NCBI GenBank assembly: GCA_000166095.1
Contig: CP002278.1
Location: forward strand, 990,001-1,022,000
Length of the DNA: 32,000 nucleotides
Direction: 5' to 3'
Source of the DNA: Methanothermus fervidus DSM 2088
GTDB lineage: Archaea; Methanobacteriota; Methanobacteria; DSM-2088; Methanothermaceae
Below are positions 1-9,403 of this stretch, in pieces (the first letter of the stretch is position 1; each line of letters starts with the position of its first letter). Below the pieces are notes generated by a model. That model made no database searches. It was not told where the DNA came from and worked only from the letters and a program-made list of their open reading frames with translations. The position numbers and the translations under genes were made by a program.

Positions 1-350
1 CCTTGTGATTCTAGATATTTTATTGTATAGGAAAGTGGAATGCTATGTGTAGAAGACATCTCATATTCTGCTATTTCTTTTTTATCAATGAATTCTATTT
101 TACCAGGTTTTTTGCCCATGTTTATAGCATCTATAATAAGTATATGACTAGGATCTTCAATCTTTATTTTCCATGTAAATTTATCAGGGGCTGTTCCAGC
201 ATTTAACAAAACAACTTTTTTGTTGTTTGGTAATCTTGAAACAATGTAGGGACCTATACCATCATCTGACCTCAATTCATTTCCAATGCCTAAAATTAAT
301 GCTTTTTCATAGTCTTTAAAAAATCTTTTTAATTTTTGCTTTAATTGTAT
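1..350 (-). CDS. Hydrogenase maturation protease (HycI/HyaD/FrcD family), C-terminus truncated by window edge
   Basis: My translation of the minus strand gives ...LKRFFKDYEKALILGIGNELRSDDGIGPYIVSRLPNNKKVVLLNAGTAPDKFTWKIKIEDPSHILIIDAINMGKKPGKIEFIDKKEIAEYEMSSTHSIPLSYTIKYLESQ. The GxGNxxRxDDGxG and D-A motifs fit the [NiFe]-hydrogenase endopeptidase family. It is missing from the supplied ORF track. The start is uncertain because no ATG/GTG/TTG lies upstream of the conserved region after the last in-frame stop. Confidence 0.85.
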   Translation of the reverse strand, partial: MQLKQKLKRFFKDYEKALILGIGNELRSDDGIGPYIVSRLPNNKKVVLLNAGTAPDKFTWKIKIEDPSHILIIDAINMGKKPGKIEFIDKKEIAEYEMSSTHSIPLSYTIKYLESQ

Positions 351-1098
351 TTAAACCACCACCCATTCTATAAGAAAGAAAAAGTTTTATTGTATCTCCA
401 GCTCTTACTTCCTCATTTTCAACTGGAATAAAAATTGGTGTATTCATCATTGGTGTTGGTCCACAAATTATCTCCTCTGAAATAAGGGTAAAGGTGATTA
501 TCTTAATACCTCTCAAAATTCCACTATTTTTTATTTGCAACCTAATAGTATCTTTAAATTTTTCTTTATTTTTATTTAAAAAAAGTATTTCGTTGTATTT
601 TTTAATTTTTCCCAAACTTTTGTATTCCATACCTTTTCTTTCATAAATTATGTGGGGAATGTTTGCATCCACAGGTTCAACACAATTTATGACTCCTAGT
701 GGGATAACATTGCCATTTTCTTTTAGAAATGTTATAGCTTTGTTCATAACTGGAACTTGTTTTTCATCGATTAATGCAGTATCTAACATTTCACAGATAA
801 TTGTATCAGCATATTCTGGAAATTCAAACTCAAAAACATCTTTATTAATTACTTTAACATTTTTAAAATTATATAAATTCTTCTTTGCATAATTAGCTAT
901 TTTTTCATTTTTTTCTATTGCAAAAATAAATTTTGCGTGAGGCGCTGCAAAATATGAAAATATTCCACTACCTGTACCTAAATCATATACAATACCTTTT
1001 GCTAATTTCTTTATTGCTTCATAAAATGCTGACAATCTTTCAGTGTCTTTTAATAAATTATAATGATAGGGTGTAACAAAAAATTTACACTTCTTCAT
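316..1098 (-). CDS. SAM-dependent methyltransferase, PRMT-like (protein arginine methyltransferase-like fold)
   Basis: 260 aa; VYDLGTGSGIFSYFAA motif I, NVKVINKDVFEF, DTIICEMLDTALIDEKQVPVMN (double-E-like region), and a C-terminal beta-barrel-like region. Confidence 0.7.
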   Translation of the reverse strand: MKKCKFFVTPYHYNLLKDTERLSAFYEAIKKLAKGIVYDLGTGSGIFSYFAAPHAKFIFAIEKNEKIANYAKKNLYNFKNVKVINKDVFEFEFPEYADTIICEMLDTALIDEKQVPVMNKAITFLKENGNVIPLGVINCVEPVDANIPHIIYERKGMEYKSLGKIKKYNEILFLNKNKEKFKDTIRLQIKNSGILRGIKIITFTLISEEIICGPTPMMNTPIFIPVENEEVRAGDTIKLFLSYRMGGGLNTIKAKIKKIF

Positions 1099-1516
1099 CT
1101 ATTTCTTTTCCTGTTGAAGTACTTGTTAAGCGTACATGTTCAACGCCTTTTAATCGCATTAATTTCTCTGTTAGTTCCCTGATCTTTGCCACATCTCCTT
1201 TTGTAACAAGTACTTCAAGGCAATGTTTATCTGTCAAATGTACATGCATGCTAGCATTTATGTATTTTCTGTATTCATGTTGTACATCTGAGATTTCTTC
1301 AACAATGCCTTTATATTCTTTGTTGTAAATTACTGCAATAACACCAATTCTTTCTCCTTCCATCTCATGCATCCACTGATATCTTACTATATAATCTTTT
1401 ATTGCATCTCTTATTCCTTTTGATCTAGATTGGTATCCTCTATTTCTTAATATTTCATCAAACTCTTCTAACAATTTTTTAGGTAGAGACATACTAATCC
1501 TCATCATTAATATCAC
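1085..1516 (-). CDS. nikR: NikR-family nickel-responsive transcriptional regulator (ribbon-helix-helix + ACT domain)
   Basis: RHH N-terminus MRISMSLPKKLLEEFDEILRNRGYQSRSKGIRDAIKDYI; nickel-ligand signature HVHLTDKHCLEVLVTKG. Strong SD GGAGGTGA upstream of the ATG. Confidence 0.88.
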   Translation of the reverse strand: MILMMRISMSLPKKLLEEFDEILRNRGYQSRSKGIRDAIKDYIVRYQWMHEMEGERIGVIAVIYNKEYKGIVEEISDVQHEYRKYINASMHVHLTDKHCLEVLVTKGDVAKIRELTEKLMRLKGVEHVRLTSTSTGKEIDEEV

Positions 1517-1529
1517 CTCCCCTAATACA

Positions 1530-1576
1530 ATAATAAGTTAATACTTATATTTAAATATTCATAATAAATTAATACT
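1530..1576. promoter_or_regulatory. Candidate operator/promoter region of nikR: direct repeat ATAATAA(G/A)TTAATACT, 31-bp spacing
   Basis: ATAATAAGTTAATACT at 1530-1545 and ATAATAAATTAATACT at 1561-1576 (one mismatch). The first copy overlaps the palindrome ATAAGT-TAAT-ACTTAT (1533-1548). Located just upstream of the nikR start. Confidence 0.4.
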
Positions 1577-1821
1577 AGTTATTTTAATTAAATTAAAAAA
1601 TAGAATCAAATAATTATCTGTATGAATTAAAAAATTAATAGAAGCATGAAAACCGTTAAAAAAACAGCTTGATATGTTTTATTTTTTCTTTTACATTTAT
1701 CTCTAAAATTATTGTGTTATAATTAATACAATTATTAATATAATTAATATTTGTGTAATACTTAATTTTATATTTTTAATATCAGGAGAGATTAAAAGTA
1801 ATAAAAGAACAACAATATTCC

Positions 1822-3105
1822 TTATATTCTCTTAGCTAAAAACCTTAATAACTTATAAACAGAATCTGTAGAGGGATGAACTTCTATAAAATTGTCAAAA
1901 TCCTGAACTTTACTTCCAAGCCTCAATAAATGGGAAAGGTATGCTACATAATCTCTACCAATAGGTGATACTGCATATACTCGAGATATTTCTCCAGTAT
2001 TTAAATCTACAGAAACTTTACTTAACCCTGTATTTTTGTTTAAAACTTCCCAGAAGGATCCTGGACCAGCTGGTCCAGGCATTTTAGCATTTACAAGTTT
2101 TTTATTTTTATTTTCATCTATAAATGCTACATCATATTTGAGAGATATTGAGTTGGGTATATAATCATATCTCATCCTTGTTTCAATTCCAGCTGCATTT
2201 CTTGCAGCTACTATACCTTCCATCCTTGCAACAGGCGTATTTTTAGCTCTATTAGTTACAGCTCCAGCTGCATAAACATTTTTCATGCTTGTTTCCATTT
2301 TTTCATTGACTATTATATGTTCTTTAGAATCTTTTTTGACATTGACAATTTTTGAGTTAGGTGTTACGCCTGTAGCCAAAAATGTTTTACCTTCTATTTT
2401 TCCTTTGCTAGTTTCAATATATTCCTCACCTATTTTTAAGGTTTTTGTATTTTCATAAATTTTTACGTCATCTAAAAGCTTTTCAACCACATATTTTTTA
2501 ATTTCAGGGTCTAAATTTTTTAAAAATTTACTCCTGCAAATCACGTTAACTTTGCATCCAAACCTAGAAAAAATATAAGCAAATTCTGATGCAGTATGTC
2601 CTCCACCCACAATATTTATAACTTCTGGGAGTTCATCAATTTCAAGGACATCTCTGTAAGTTATTGCATTTTCAACGCCATCTATTGGAGGTATATGTGG
2701 TTTTATTCCAGTTGCAACTATCAATTTATCATAACTTATTTTTTCTCCATCTACTTGTACTTTGTCTTCAATAACTTTTGCTTCGCCATATATAATTTCT
2801 ACACCAGATTCTTTAGTTTCCTTCTCATTTATCTTCCTAATTGTCTTAATTGTCTTTTTTAATTTCTTCAATAGATGTTTGTATTTTATTTCACACTCAA
2901 AATCAATTATTCCATGATTTTTTAAATTTTTGGCGTTATCTATGAAACGTGCAATGTCATTTAAGCCACATACAACCATACATCCCTCATTTAGGCATGT
3001 ACCACCCATATATTTTTTTTCAATCAATAAGGTTTCCTTGTTAAGCGCTGCTAACTCCATTGCTGCAAATCTTCCTGCTGGTCCTCCTCCAATTATTACA
3101 TACAA
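1822..3105 (-). CDS. FAD-dependent pyridine nucleotide-disulfide oxidoreductase (dihydrolipoamide dehydrogenase/mercuric reductase-like)
   Basis: N-terminal GGGPAGRFAAMELA, redox region GGTCLNEGCMVVCG, second nucleotide-binding region NIVGGGHTASEFA, C-terminal dimerisation-type VHPSTDSVYKLLRFL. Confidence 0.8.
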   Translation of the reverse strand: MYVIIGGGPAGRFAAMELAALNKETLLIEKKYMGGTCLNEGCMVVCGLNDIARFIDNAKNLKNHGIIDFECEIKYKHLLKKLKKTIKTIRKINEKETKESGVEIIYGEAKVIEDKVQVDGEKISYDKLIVATGIKPHIPPIDGVENAITYRDVLEIDELPEVINIVGGGHTASEFAYIFSRFGCKVNVICRSKFLKNLDPEIKKYVVEKLLDDVKIYENTKTLKIGEEYIETSKGKIEGKTFLATGVTPNSKIVNVKKDSKEHIIVNEKMETSMKNVYAAGAVTNRAKNTPVARMEGIVAARNAAGIETRMRYDYIPNSISLKYDVAFIDENKNKKLVNAKMPGPAGPGSFWEVLNKNTGLSKVSVDLNTGEISRVYAVSPIGRDYVAYLSHLLRLGSKVQDFDNFIEVHPSTDSVYKLLRFLAKRI

Positions 3106-3182
3106 TTCAATCCCTCACACGATAACTTAATAAACTTTAAGTATTTCTATACTCCAATAAATAAATAAGAGGTGAGAAAGTA

Positions 3183-3422
3183 ATGTGTATTGCGGCCCCT
3201 GCTAAAATTGTTGATATCAATAAAAATAAAAAGATGGCAACTGTTGATTTTGGCGGTGTAAAACAAAAAATAAGGATAGATCTAGTTGAAGATGAAGTAG
3301 ATATTGGAACTTATGTTCTAGTACATTCAGGATATGCCATTGAAGTTATGTCTGAAAAAGCTGCCAAAGAGTCACTTGAAGTATGGGAAGAAATGATGCA
3401 TCAACTTAATTCTAAAGAATAA
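3183..3422 (+). CDS. hypC: Hydrogenase assembly chaperone HypC/HupF
   Basis: N-terminal MCIAAPAKI and ATVDFGGVKQKIRIDLVED...GTYVLVHSGYAIEVM are diagnostic for HypC. SD GAGGTGA upstream. Confidence 0.93.
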   Translation: MCIAAPAKIVDINKNKKMATVDFGGVKQKIRIDLVEDEVDIGTYVLVHSGYAIEVMSEKAAKESLEVWEEMMHQLNSKE

Positions 3423-3649
3423 TAATTTTAATCAAATATTTTTGATTTTATTTAAAATTTCATCAAAAAATATATAATTTTAATTTTACAATTAAATATA
3501 TAAAAGGTAAAAATGTAAAATTCTAAAATTCTGATACCTATCATAGCAAAAAAGTAACTTTGCTATATTTTAAATCAAAATATTAAAATTTAATAATTAA
3601 AAAAATAATGAAAAATCATTAAGTAATTTTTTGTGCCAGGTGAAAGGCA

Positions 3650-4171
3650 ATGTTAGAAAAACATGGCATTATTGATGAATTACTAGAGGATCTAAGTGAA
3701 GAAGAAAAGAAAAATAGCTTATTAATAATAAAATGTTTGGAAAATGGCTTAACAACAGACGAGGAAATTGCAGAGAACATTGACATCAAGTTAAACAAAG
3801 TGCGAAAAATTCTTTACATGCTTTATGATAGAGGAATAGTTAGTTACAGACGTAGTAAGGATCCAAAAACACAATGGTACAGATATAGTTGGAAATTTGA
3901 GCCAGAGAAATTAGAAAGAATTATAAAAAGAAAGCATGAGAAAATTGTAAGAAGCCTTGAAAAAACATTAGAATTTGAGAAAAATAACATATTTTTTGAA
4001 TGTGAGAATGGAGATTTCAGATGTACTTTTGAAGAAGCAATGGAATATAATTTCCACTGTCCAAAATGTAATTCAAAGTTAGAATATATTGACAACTCTG
4101 AAATCATCAATGAAATCGAAAGAAAAATAAATTTTTACAGGAACAACGGGTCAAATAATGTCGAAGAATAA
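3650..4171 (+). CDS. tfe: Transcription factor E (TFE alpha; winged helix + zinc ribbon)
   Basis: 173 aa; N-terminal winged-helix region (LTTDEEIAENIDIKLNKVRKILYMLYDRGIVSYRRSKDPKTQWYRYSW) and a C-terminal zinc ribbon with FxCENGDFRCTFEEAMEYNFHCPKC. Confidence 0.88.
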   Translation: MLEKHGIIDELLEDLSEEEKKNSLLIIKCLENGLTTDEEIAENIDIKLNKVRKILYMLYDRGIVSYRRSKDPKTQWYRYSWKFEPEKLERIIKRKHEKIVRSLEKTLEFEKNNIFFECENGDFRCTFEEAMEYNFHCPKCNSKLEYIDNSEIINEIERKINFYRNNGSNNVEE

Positions 4172-4664
4172 ATCTAAGATTTTTAAATTATACAAAGAAG
4201 TAAATTTACCAGAAAATGTAATTGAGCATTGTAAAGTCGTAGCTGAAAGGGCTCTTGAACTTTCAACAAGATTTAATAATGTAGATAGAGAGTTAGTATT
4301 GAGTGGTGCCCTATTACATGATATAGGTAGATCAAAAACACATGGAATTGACCATGGGATAGTAGGTGCTAAAATATTGCGAAAAAAAGGTTATCCTGAA
4401 GAGATTATTAGAATTGTTGAAAGACATATAGGTGCGGGTATACCTAAAAATGAAGCTATAAAACTTGGATTACCTCCTAAAGATTACATTCCAGAAACTC
4501 TTGAAGAAAAAATAGTTGCTCATGCAGATAATTTGGTTAATGGCAACAAAAAGGTAGATATTCATTATGTTTTAAAAAAATGGGAATCTAAATTTGGGAG
4601 AGATCATCCCGCAATAAAAAGATTAAAAAAATTACATAAAGAATTAACTGGTGAGGATGTTTAA
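4158..4664 (+). CDS. HD-domain phosphohydrolase (archaeal HDIG-type)
   Basis: LSGALLHDIGRSKTHGIDHGIVGAKILR...IVERHIGAG...KIVAHADNLVNG. Overlaps the tfe 3' end by 14 nt. Confidence 0.82.
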   Translation: MSKNKSKIFKLYKEVNLPENVIEHCKVVAERALELSTRFNNVDRELVLSGALLHDIGRSKTHGIDHGIVGAKILRKKGYPEEIIRIVERHIGAGIPKNEAIKLGLPPKDYIPETLEEKIVAHADNLVNGNKKVDIHYVLKKWESKFGRDHPAIKRLKKLHKELTGEDV

Positions 4665-5582
4665 TTATTTTTTTAACCGTCTAATTTTCACAGCCACTCC
4701 ATAATCAGCTTTTACCATTTCATTTCCACTTAAGACGGCTTTTCCCACACCTACAATATCTCCTTTGTAAGTTACAATCACTTCATCTCTTGGTACTATT
4801 GACTCATCTGCTTCTATAACGCCTGGAGCAAATATTTTATTTGTTTTGGGTTTGAAATCAATTTCTACCTGTTTTGTTCCCAATTCTAGCAATCTTTTTC
4901 CACCTTCTAATGTAAGATTATATAATCCAAAATTCTTAGACAAAGTACAAATATGGTTTCTATTTTCATCTAGTATGATTTTATTTCTCCTACCTCTAAC
5001 TCTACAATTTTCTGGTATTAAAATCTCAGCTCCTTTTCCAAATTGATATATAGCTATAGATTTGAGTTTATGTAACAATAATTTTTTACGTGGAATTTTC
5101 TCATATTTAGACAATTCTGTTCTCAAATTATTCATCGATTCTTTAGATATAGGTGACTTATCTTCACAGGTGAATATACATTCATCTAAATACTCTTCAC
5201 ATACTTCTTTATATCCGCCTACAACATGTGCAATTACTTTTTTGTCTCCCACATATTTTTTTAATAATTCTCCAACAACCTTTTTCTCCTCGAAATACCA
5301 TTCCCCTGTGGTTGAAACATCATAAGCACGTATAGGATATGTTTCTTCCATTTCTCTTGGACAAATTCCAAAAGGAGATGTTAATATAAGCTCTTGATAA
5401 CCTTTAGTTACTCTTCTAAAAATTTGATGACTTAATGATCTCGAATATGGTTTTGTAGCACTACATGGCAATATAACTATTGGTTCATCAATTGGTTTTA
5501 ATAATTCCATTCTTTTTCTCCATCTTATAGCCTCAGGCCTATAAAGTGATTCTTCTATACTACATAAAATCAAATTCAACAC
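4665..5582 (-). CDS. ArcS-like protein (archaeosine synthase C-terminal region + PUA domain), without the N-terminal TGT-like catalytic domain
   Basis: Contains PCSATKPYSRSLSH, matching the ArcS-type PC-x3-KPY-x2-S-x2-H motif. C-terminal PUA-like domain (KTNKIFAPGVIEADESIVPRDEVIVTYKGDIVGVGKAVLSG). Confidence 0.75.
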   Translation of the reverse strand: MLNLILCSIEESLYRPEAIRWRKRMELLKPIDEPIVILPCSATKPYSRSLSHQIFRRVTKGYQELILTSPFGICPREMEETYPIRAYDVSTTGEWYFEEKKVVGELLKKYVGDKKVIAHVVGGYKEVCEEYLDECIFTCEDKSPISKESMNNLRTELSKYEKIPRKKLLLHKLKSIAIYQFGKGAEILIPENCRVRGRRNKIILDENRNHICTLSKNFGLYNLTLEGGKRLLELGTKQVEIDFKPKTNKIFAPGVIEADESIVPRDEVIVTYKGDIVGVGKAVLSGNEMVKADYGVAVKIRRLKK

Positions 5583-6421
5583 CTTTCATTTACTTTCCTA
5601 ATAATAATTGCTGGTACATGTTTTATCGTGTTAAGCATCTTTATATCCACATTTTCTCTTCCAAAAAATTCTTCCATGTCATAAACAGTTTCAAATGTGT
5701 TGAATTTCTCTTGGATTTTTTCAGCTATTTTTGAAATTTTAATTAGTTTAGTTACAGGTAATTCTTTAGAGGAAGCTATTGGTGTAGGTCCTATCTTTTT
5801 CCCAAACCTTCCAAGTAAATAAGCTAAAAACCCTAAATTGGATTTTATGCCTCTAACAGCTATAGGTAACGATGTTATTAATTTTCCAAAAACTTTGTAT
5901 GTTGCATCAGTGTCAACGATTACAACAGTGACTTTTTTATTCCATCTCTCTAAAATTTCTTTAGAAATATATTTTGCAATATTCTTTGGATTTTTTGGTA
6001 AAGGTGCTACATAAGTGTCTGGAACATTGCTTAGATCAACTCCTGCTTCAGAACTTGGTTTTAATGCATGTAACCACCCATAATGTCTTAAAATAAATTC
6101 TTTAAGGTTTCTAGCTTCTGGTGGTAGTTTCCTCAAATTTTTTATGGTTCTAGATTTTATCCTAAATATCGGACCAAGAAAATACCCCCACAAAAATTTT
6201 GACCAAATTTCGGCAAGAAATATTGCACTTAAGGAAGGTTTATACTTCAAAATATCATAAATTCTTCCTTGAGCAATTGCAATCGGAGTCTCAGAAATTA
6301 CTAAAAAATCGTTGTTCTTAAGCAATGGTCCAGCACGCCTGATTATTACCTCAAAACCTTCGTTTGGCTTAATGTATCTAGTTTTCACAGGTATTGCTTC
6401 ATATTTCATAAGGGTCTCCAA
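5576..6421 (-). CDS. Coenzyme F420-0:L-glutamate ligase (CofE)-like protein
   Basis: [12 protein letters not shown]...[21 protein letters not shown]...[11 protein letters not shown]...PIAVRGIKS resembles the COG1478 family. Overlaps neighbours on both sides. Substrate uncertain. Confidence 0.65.
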   Translation of the reverse strand: METLMKYEAIPVKTRYIKPNEGFEVIIRRAGPLLKNNDFLVISETPIAIAQGRIYDILKYKPSLSAIFLAEIWSKFLWGYFLGPIFRIKSRTIKNLRKLPPEARNLKEFILRHYGWLHALKPSSEAGVDLSNVPDTYVAPLPKNPKNIAKYISKEILERWNKKVTVVIVDTDATYKVFGKLITSLPIAVRGIKSNLGFLAYLLGRFGKKIGPTPIASSKELPVTKLIKISKIAEKIQEKFNTFETVYDMEEFFGRENVDIKMLNTIKHVPAIIIRKVNERC

Positions 6422-7047
6422 ACCTTTAGATCAATGCTTTCTATTTTTGCTTTTCTACCTTCCATTTCTACAACTACTCCACTATGTACTTTTTGCATCA
6501 TACAATGCTTTGGTATAAATCTAACGGTTTTGCCAACTTTTGGTATTTTTCCATTAACTCTTCCTATAAACCCAAGCACTAAACACAAACCAATATCTTT
6601 AAATTTAAAATTTTTATCTCCTAAACGATGTTTAGGTCCAACTATATGTACAGTGATTAAGCCATTTTCTTCTTTTAATATCTCAGCAAAATGTGTAATT
6701 GGACATCCAAGAGGTCTATACCTTATAATATCTCCTTCTTTTAATTTTACATCAGAAAATGGATATAAAATTTCTCTACAAGATTTTTCGTTTTTCAAAG
6801 GTTCTAAAACAAAATCAGCCGTATAATTATCTATTAACCCAACTATTTCTTTTTCTATTTCTGGTTTTTCCTCAACTAATTTTTTTAGTTCATGTAATTT
6901 GTCTGTATCCAAAAAACGACATCTTTGAATGTCTAACCCCTGTTTGATCACTGCTTTTGCAAAATCTTCACATCTCTGAAATCCACATATCCCACAATTG
7001 TATCCTGGAAGAAGATTTACAATTTCTTCTAATTTTCTTGTTCCCAT
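6406..7047 (-). CDS. 4Fe-4S (Fes, PF04060-like) cluster protein, uncharacterised methanogen family
   Basis: N-terminal [34 protein letters not shown] cysteine cluster plus a conserved C-terminal region. Confidence 0.65.
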   Translation of the reverse strand: MGTRKLEEIVNLLPGYNCGICGFQRCEDFAKAVIKQGLDIQRCRFLDTDKLHELKKLVEEKPEIEKEIVGLIDNYTADFVLEPLKNEKSCREILYPFSDVKLKEGDIIRYRPLGCPITHFAEILKEENGLITVHIVGPKHRLGDKNFKFKDIGLCLVLGFIGRVNGKIPKVGKTVRFIPKHCMMQKVHSGVVVEMEGRKAKIESIDLKVWRPL

Positions 7048-7049
7048 GT

Positions 7050-7760
7050 TTATTCTCCCTCATATCTTTGGAAACCATCGATATTACGTAATACTCCACG
7101 ATGATATTTTTTTCCAATTCTTCTTTCACCAACGCAAAGTGTGCAAATAGCTAATGGAGCTGAGTATCTTAATTTTTCATTTTTTAACGATAAATCCTTT
7201 GTTTTTGTAATTTCAAATGCTAATTTTGCACATCCCTGTCCACTCAACCCATTAGCTTCAATTATTTTTGATTCTGGATTAACCTCAATTATCCTCTCTC
7301 TAAAAATCTCTCTTTCTGCCTGTGAAATTAAATCTCCTTTAGTTATCACAACAATGTCTGCAGTTGATAAAAAAGGACCTACTTTTAGTGGTGTATTTGG
7401 ACCTTGAGTAGCATCTATTACACAAACTCCCAAACAATTTTGAGTATATGGAGCACATCGATGACATAAACCAGCAGTCTCAACTATTAATAAATCAGAT
7501 TCATTTTCTCTTGCCCAATGAATCATTTCTTCAATATTAAAAATTGTAAAGTGATCTGGACACATGTCCATAGCAAGTCCTAGTTTTGTTGGAATATCTA
7601 ACTTCTTAAAAACTTTATCATCTTCGCTATGGAGACAATCTACCTTTACTACAGCAGGATTATATCCATTGTCTTTGAGAATTTTTAGAGTATGTGTTAA
7701 TATTGCTGTTTTCCCAGCCCCAGGAGTTCCAGCAACTATTACTAATTTCATTTTTATCAC
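7050..7760 (-). CDS. P-loop GTPase/ATPase related to the HypB/UreG/CobW class
   Basis: Walker [19 protein letters not shown], switch-like [33 protein letters not shown]. Additional conserved cysteines ([15 protein letters not shown]). Confidence 0.7.
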   Translation of the reverse strand: MIKMKLVIVAGTPGAGKTAILTHTLKILKDNGYNPAVVKVDCLHSEDDKVFKKLDIPTKLGLAMDMCPDHFTIFNIEEMIHWARENESDLLIVETAGLCHRCAPYTQNCLGVCVIDATQGPNTPLKVGPFLSTADIVVITKGDLISQAEREIFRERIIEVNPESKIIEANGLSGQGCAKLAFEITKTKDLSLKNEKLRYSAPLAICTLCVGERRIGKKYHRGVLRNIDGFQRYEGE

Positions 7761-8518
7761 ATTGGAACATTTTCTATTTTTTTACCTAGACGCACTTTTT
7801 CTCTTAAGTCCAGGAGTAATTCATCTATTTCATTCAATTTTTGAGAGATATTTTTTTCTTCTTTAGTTGTTTTGATAATTTTCTGCATCCCACCGTTTTT
7901 CATTACAATTCTTTTATCTGTGTTTAAAACCAATGTGGGATCATGTGTTACTATAAATATTATTTTTCCATGCTTAGTTAACACATTTAAAGCTTCATGT
8001 TTTTTAATACCTGCATTTTCAATTTCATCTATTACAACGATTGGAGATTTACTTATCAATGCAATATCAGCTACCATCAGGGCTCTAGATTGACCTCCAC
8101 TCAAAATTGTTAATTTATCTGTTTTTTTAATTGGTTCTCCAGTAAGTTTATTTGCAAGGTCTATAACTTCATCTACACGTTTTTCATCTACATTTCTACA
8201 TTTAGCATGTAATTTCAAAAATTCCTCCACACTCATGTCAGCCAAAAAATTCATGTGCTGTGATAGATGTGCAACTAATTTTTTCTTTGGATTTACACGA
8301 TACTCATAACTAGGCTTTTTATCATTCACTAAAATTTTTCTTTTTGAGAATGTATCTCCTTGTGCCAATTGTTCAATATCATAAATTAATGAGCTTTTTC
8401 CACTACCTGTTGGACCTACCACACCTACAATTTCTCCTTTTTTTACTTTAACTTTCCTAACAGGTTCTTTTTCACCAAATTTATCATATCCACCAATTAT
8501 TGTCAATGAATTTATCAT
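7757..8518 (-). CDS. ABC-type ATP-binding protein (soluble, no partner permease), possibly related to methyl-CoM reductase component A2 (AtwA) proteins
   Basis: Walker [17 protein letters not shown], signature [17 protein letters not shown], Walker [14 protein letters not shown]-loop FIVTHD. ATGA overlap with comA. Confidence 0.75.
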   Translation of the reverse strand: MINSLTIIGGYDKFGEKEPVRKVKVKKGEIVGVVGPTGSGKSSLIYDIEQLAQGDTFSKRKILVNDKKPSYEYRVNPKKKLVAHLSQHMNFLADMSVEEFLKLHAKCRNVDEKRVDEVIDLANKLTGEPIKKTDKLTILSGGQSRALMVADIALISKSPIVVIDEIENAGIKKHEALNVLTKHGKIIFIVTHDPTLVLNTDKRIVMKNGGMQKIIKTTKEEKNISQKLNEIDELLLDLREKVRLGKKIENVPM

Positions 8519-9294
8519 TCTAGCTTCACCTTCCCTATTGTATCTCCTCTAAGACCTCTCCTTATAGTTTCAACTGCAATTATGTCTTCTGGTGGAATAT
8601 TACCCAGATTTACATTTGGACCAAGCCTTATAATGAAATATGTTTGTTGATCTTTTTGTGGAGCTTCCCATATCACTTTTTTAACAGGTAATTTTGAAAT
8701 TAAATATTCTACTTCGCTCTTTTTCACATTTCCATTTTGATCATAAACACCTACATTTCTTCCACTTTCTCTAGCTTCAATTGTGACCATTTCTACTCCA
8801 GAATTTAGATCATGTTTTGCAATTTTCACTCTTTTTTCAGGTGTGAGTTTTTTATCAATTTCTGGATTTTTTTTACCAATTTCAGAAATTACTTTAAATC
8901 CTTCATCTATAGCATTTTCTATAATTTCAGATCTTTCATCTAAAGATAAATTTATACTTCCATCAGATATTTCAATAAATTCAAATCCTAAATCTTTTGC
9001 TTCCTCAAAATACTTATCTAATTTATTTTTTAAATATGCAACCTCAAACAATGTTCCACCAGGCATGACTTTTACATCATATGAATTGTAGATCTCTATT
9101 TTTTCTTTAATCAAATCACGATCACATAAAGTTGTAGTACACCATCCAAACTTTACAAAATCTACATATTCACTTCCAATTTCCATGAGATCTTTAACTG
9201 TCTCAGCTCCAATGCCTTTATCCAGCATTACAGTTATACCAAAATTTCTAGGCTTTTCTTGTCTTTTTGGTCTCAAAAATTCAAATGCTTTCAT
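8515..9294 (-). CDS. comA: Phosphosulfolactate synthase (coenzyme M biosynthesis)
   Basis: [22 protein letters not shown]...[14 protein letters not shown]...[10 protein letters not shown]...[11 protein letters not shown]...[27 protein letters not shown]. Start placed at 9294 (MKAFEFL) because of SD GGGGTGA followed by 4 nt; the track start at 9330 is probably too long. Confidence 0.88.
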   Translation of the reverse strand: MKAFEFLRPKRQEKPRNFGITVMLDKGIGAETVKDLMEIGSEYVDFVKFGWCTTTLCDRDLIKEKIEIYNSYDVKVMPGGTLFEVAYLKNKLDKYFEEAKDLGFEFIEISDGSINLSLDERSEIIENAIDEGFKVISEIGKKNPEIDKKLTPEKRVKIAKHDLNSGVEMVTIEARESGRNVGVYDQNGNVKKSEVEYLISKLPVKKVIWEAPQKDQQTYFIIRLGPNVNLGNIPPEDIIAVETIRRGLRGDTIGKVKLE

Positions 9295-9403
9295 GCGCTC
9301 ACCCCTTGAACATGAGTATTTTTTGAACATGGATACTTAAAAAATTAATTAATAAAAAATATTAACTAATTAATACAAAATTCGAAAAAAATAATGAGAT
9401 AAT

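Noticed and set aside
1517-1821. 300-bp AT-rich gap considered as a possible origin or ncRNA gene
   Set aside because: Apart from the nikR-proximal repeats there is no GC-rich structured element or clear ORB-like motif; AT richness matches other intergenic regions.
4846-5325. Plus-strand ORFs 4846-5046 and 5062-5325 (track)
   Set aside because: Antisense to the well-supported ArcS-like CDS; no recognisable domain, composition typical of reverse-frame artefact.
6312-8093. Plus-strand ORFs 6312-6518, 6434-6826, 6759-6947, 7141-7407, 7564-7866, 7872-8093
   Set aside because: Antisense to the comA operon genes, whose conserved Walker, Fe-S and ABC motifs are all on the minus strand.
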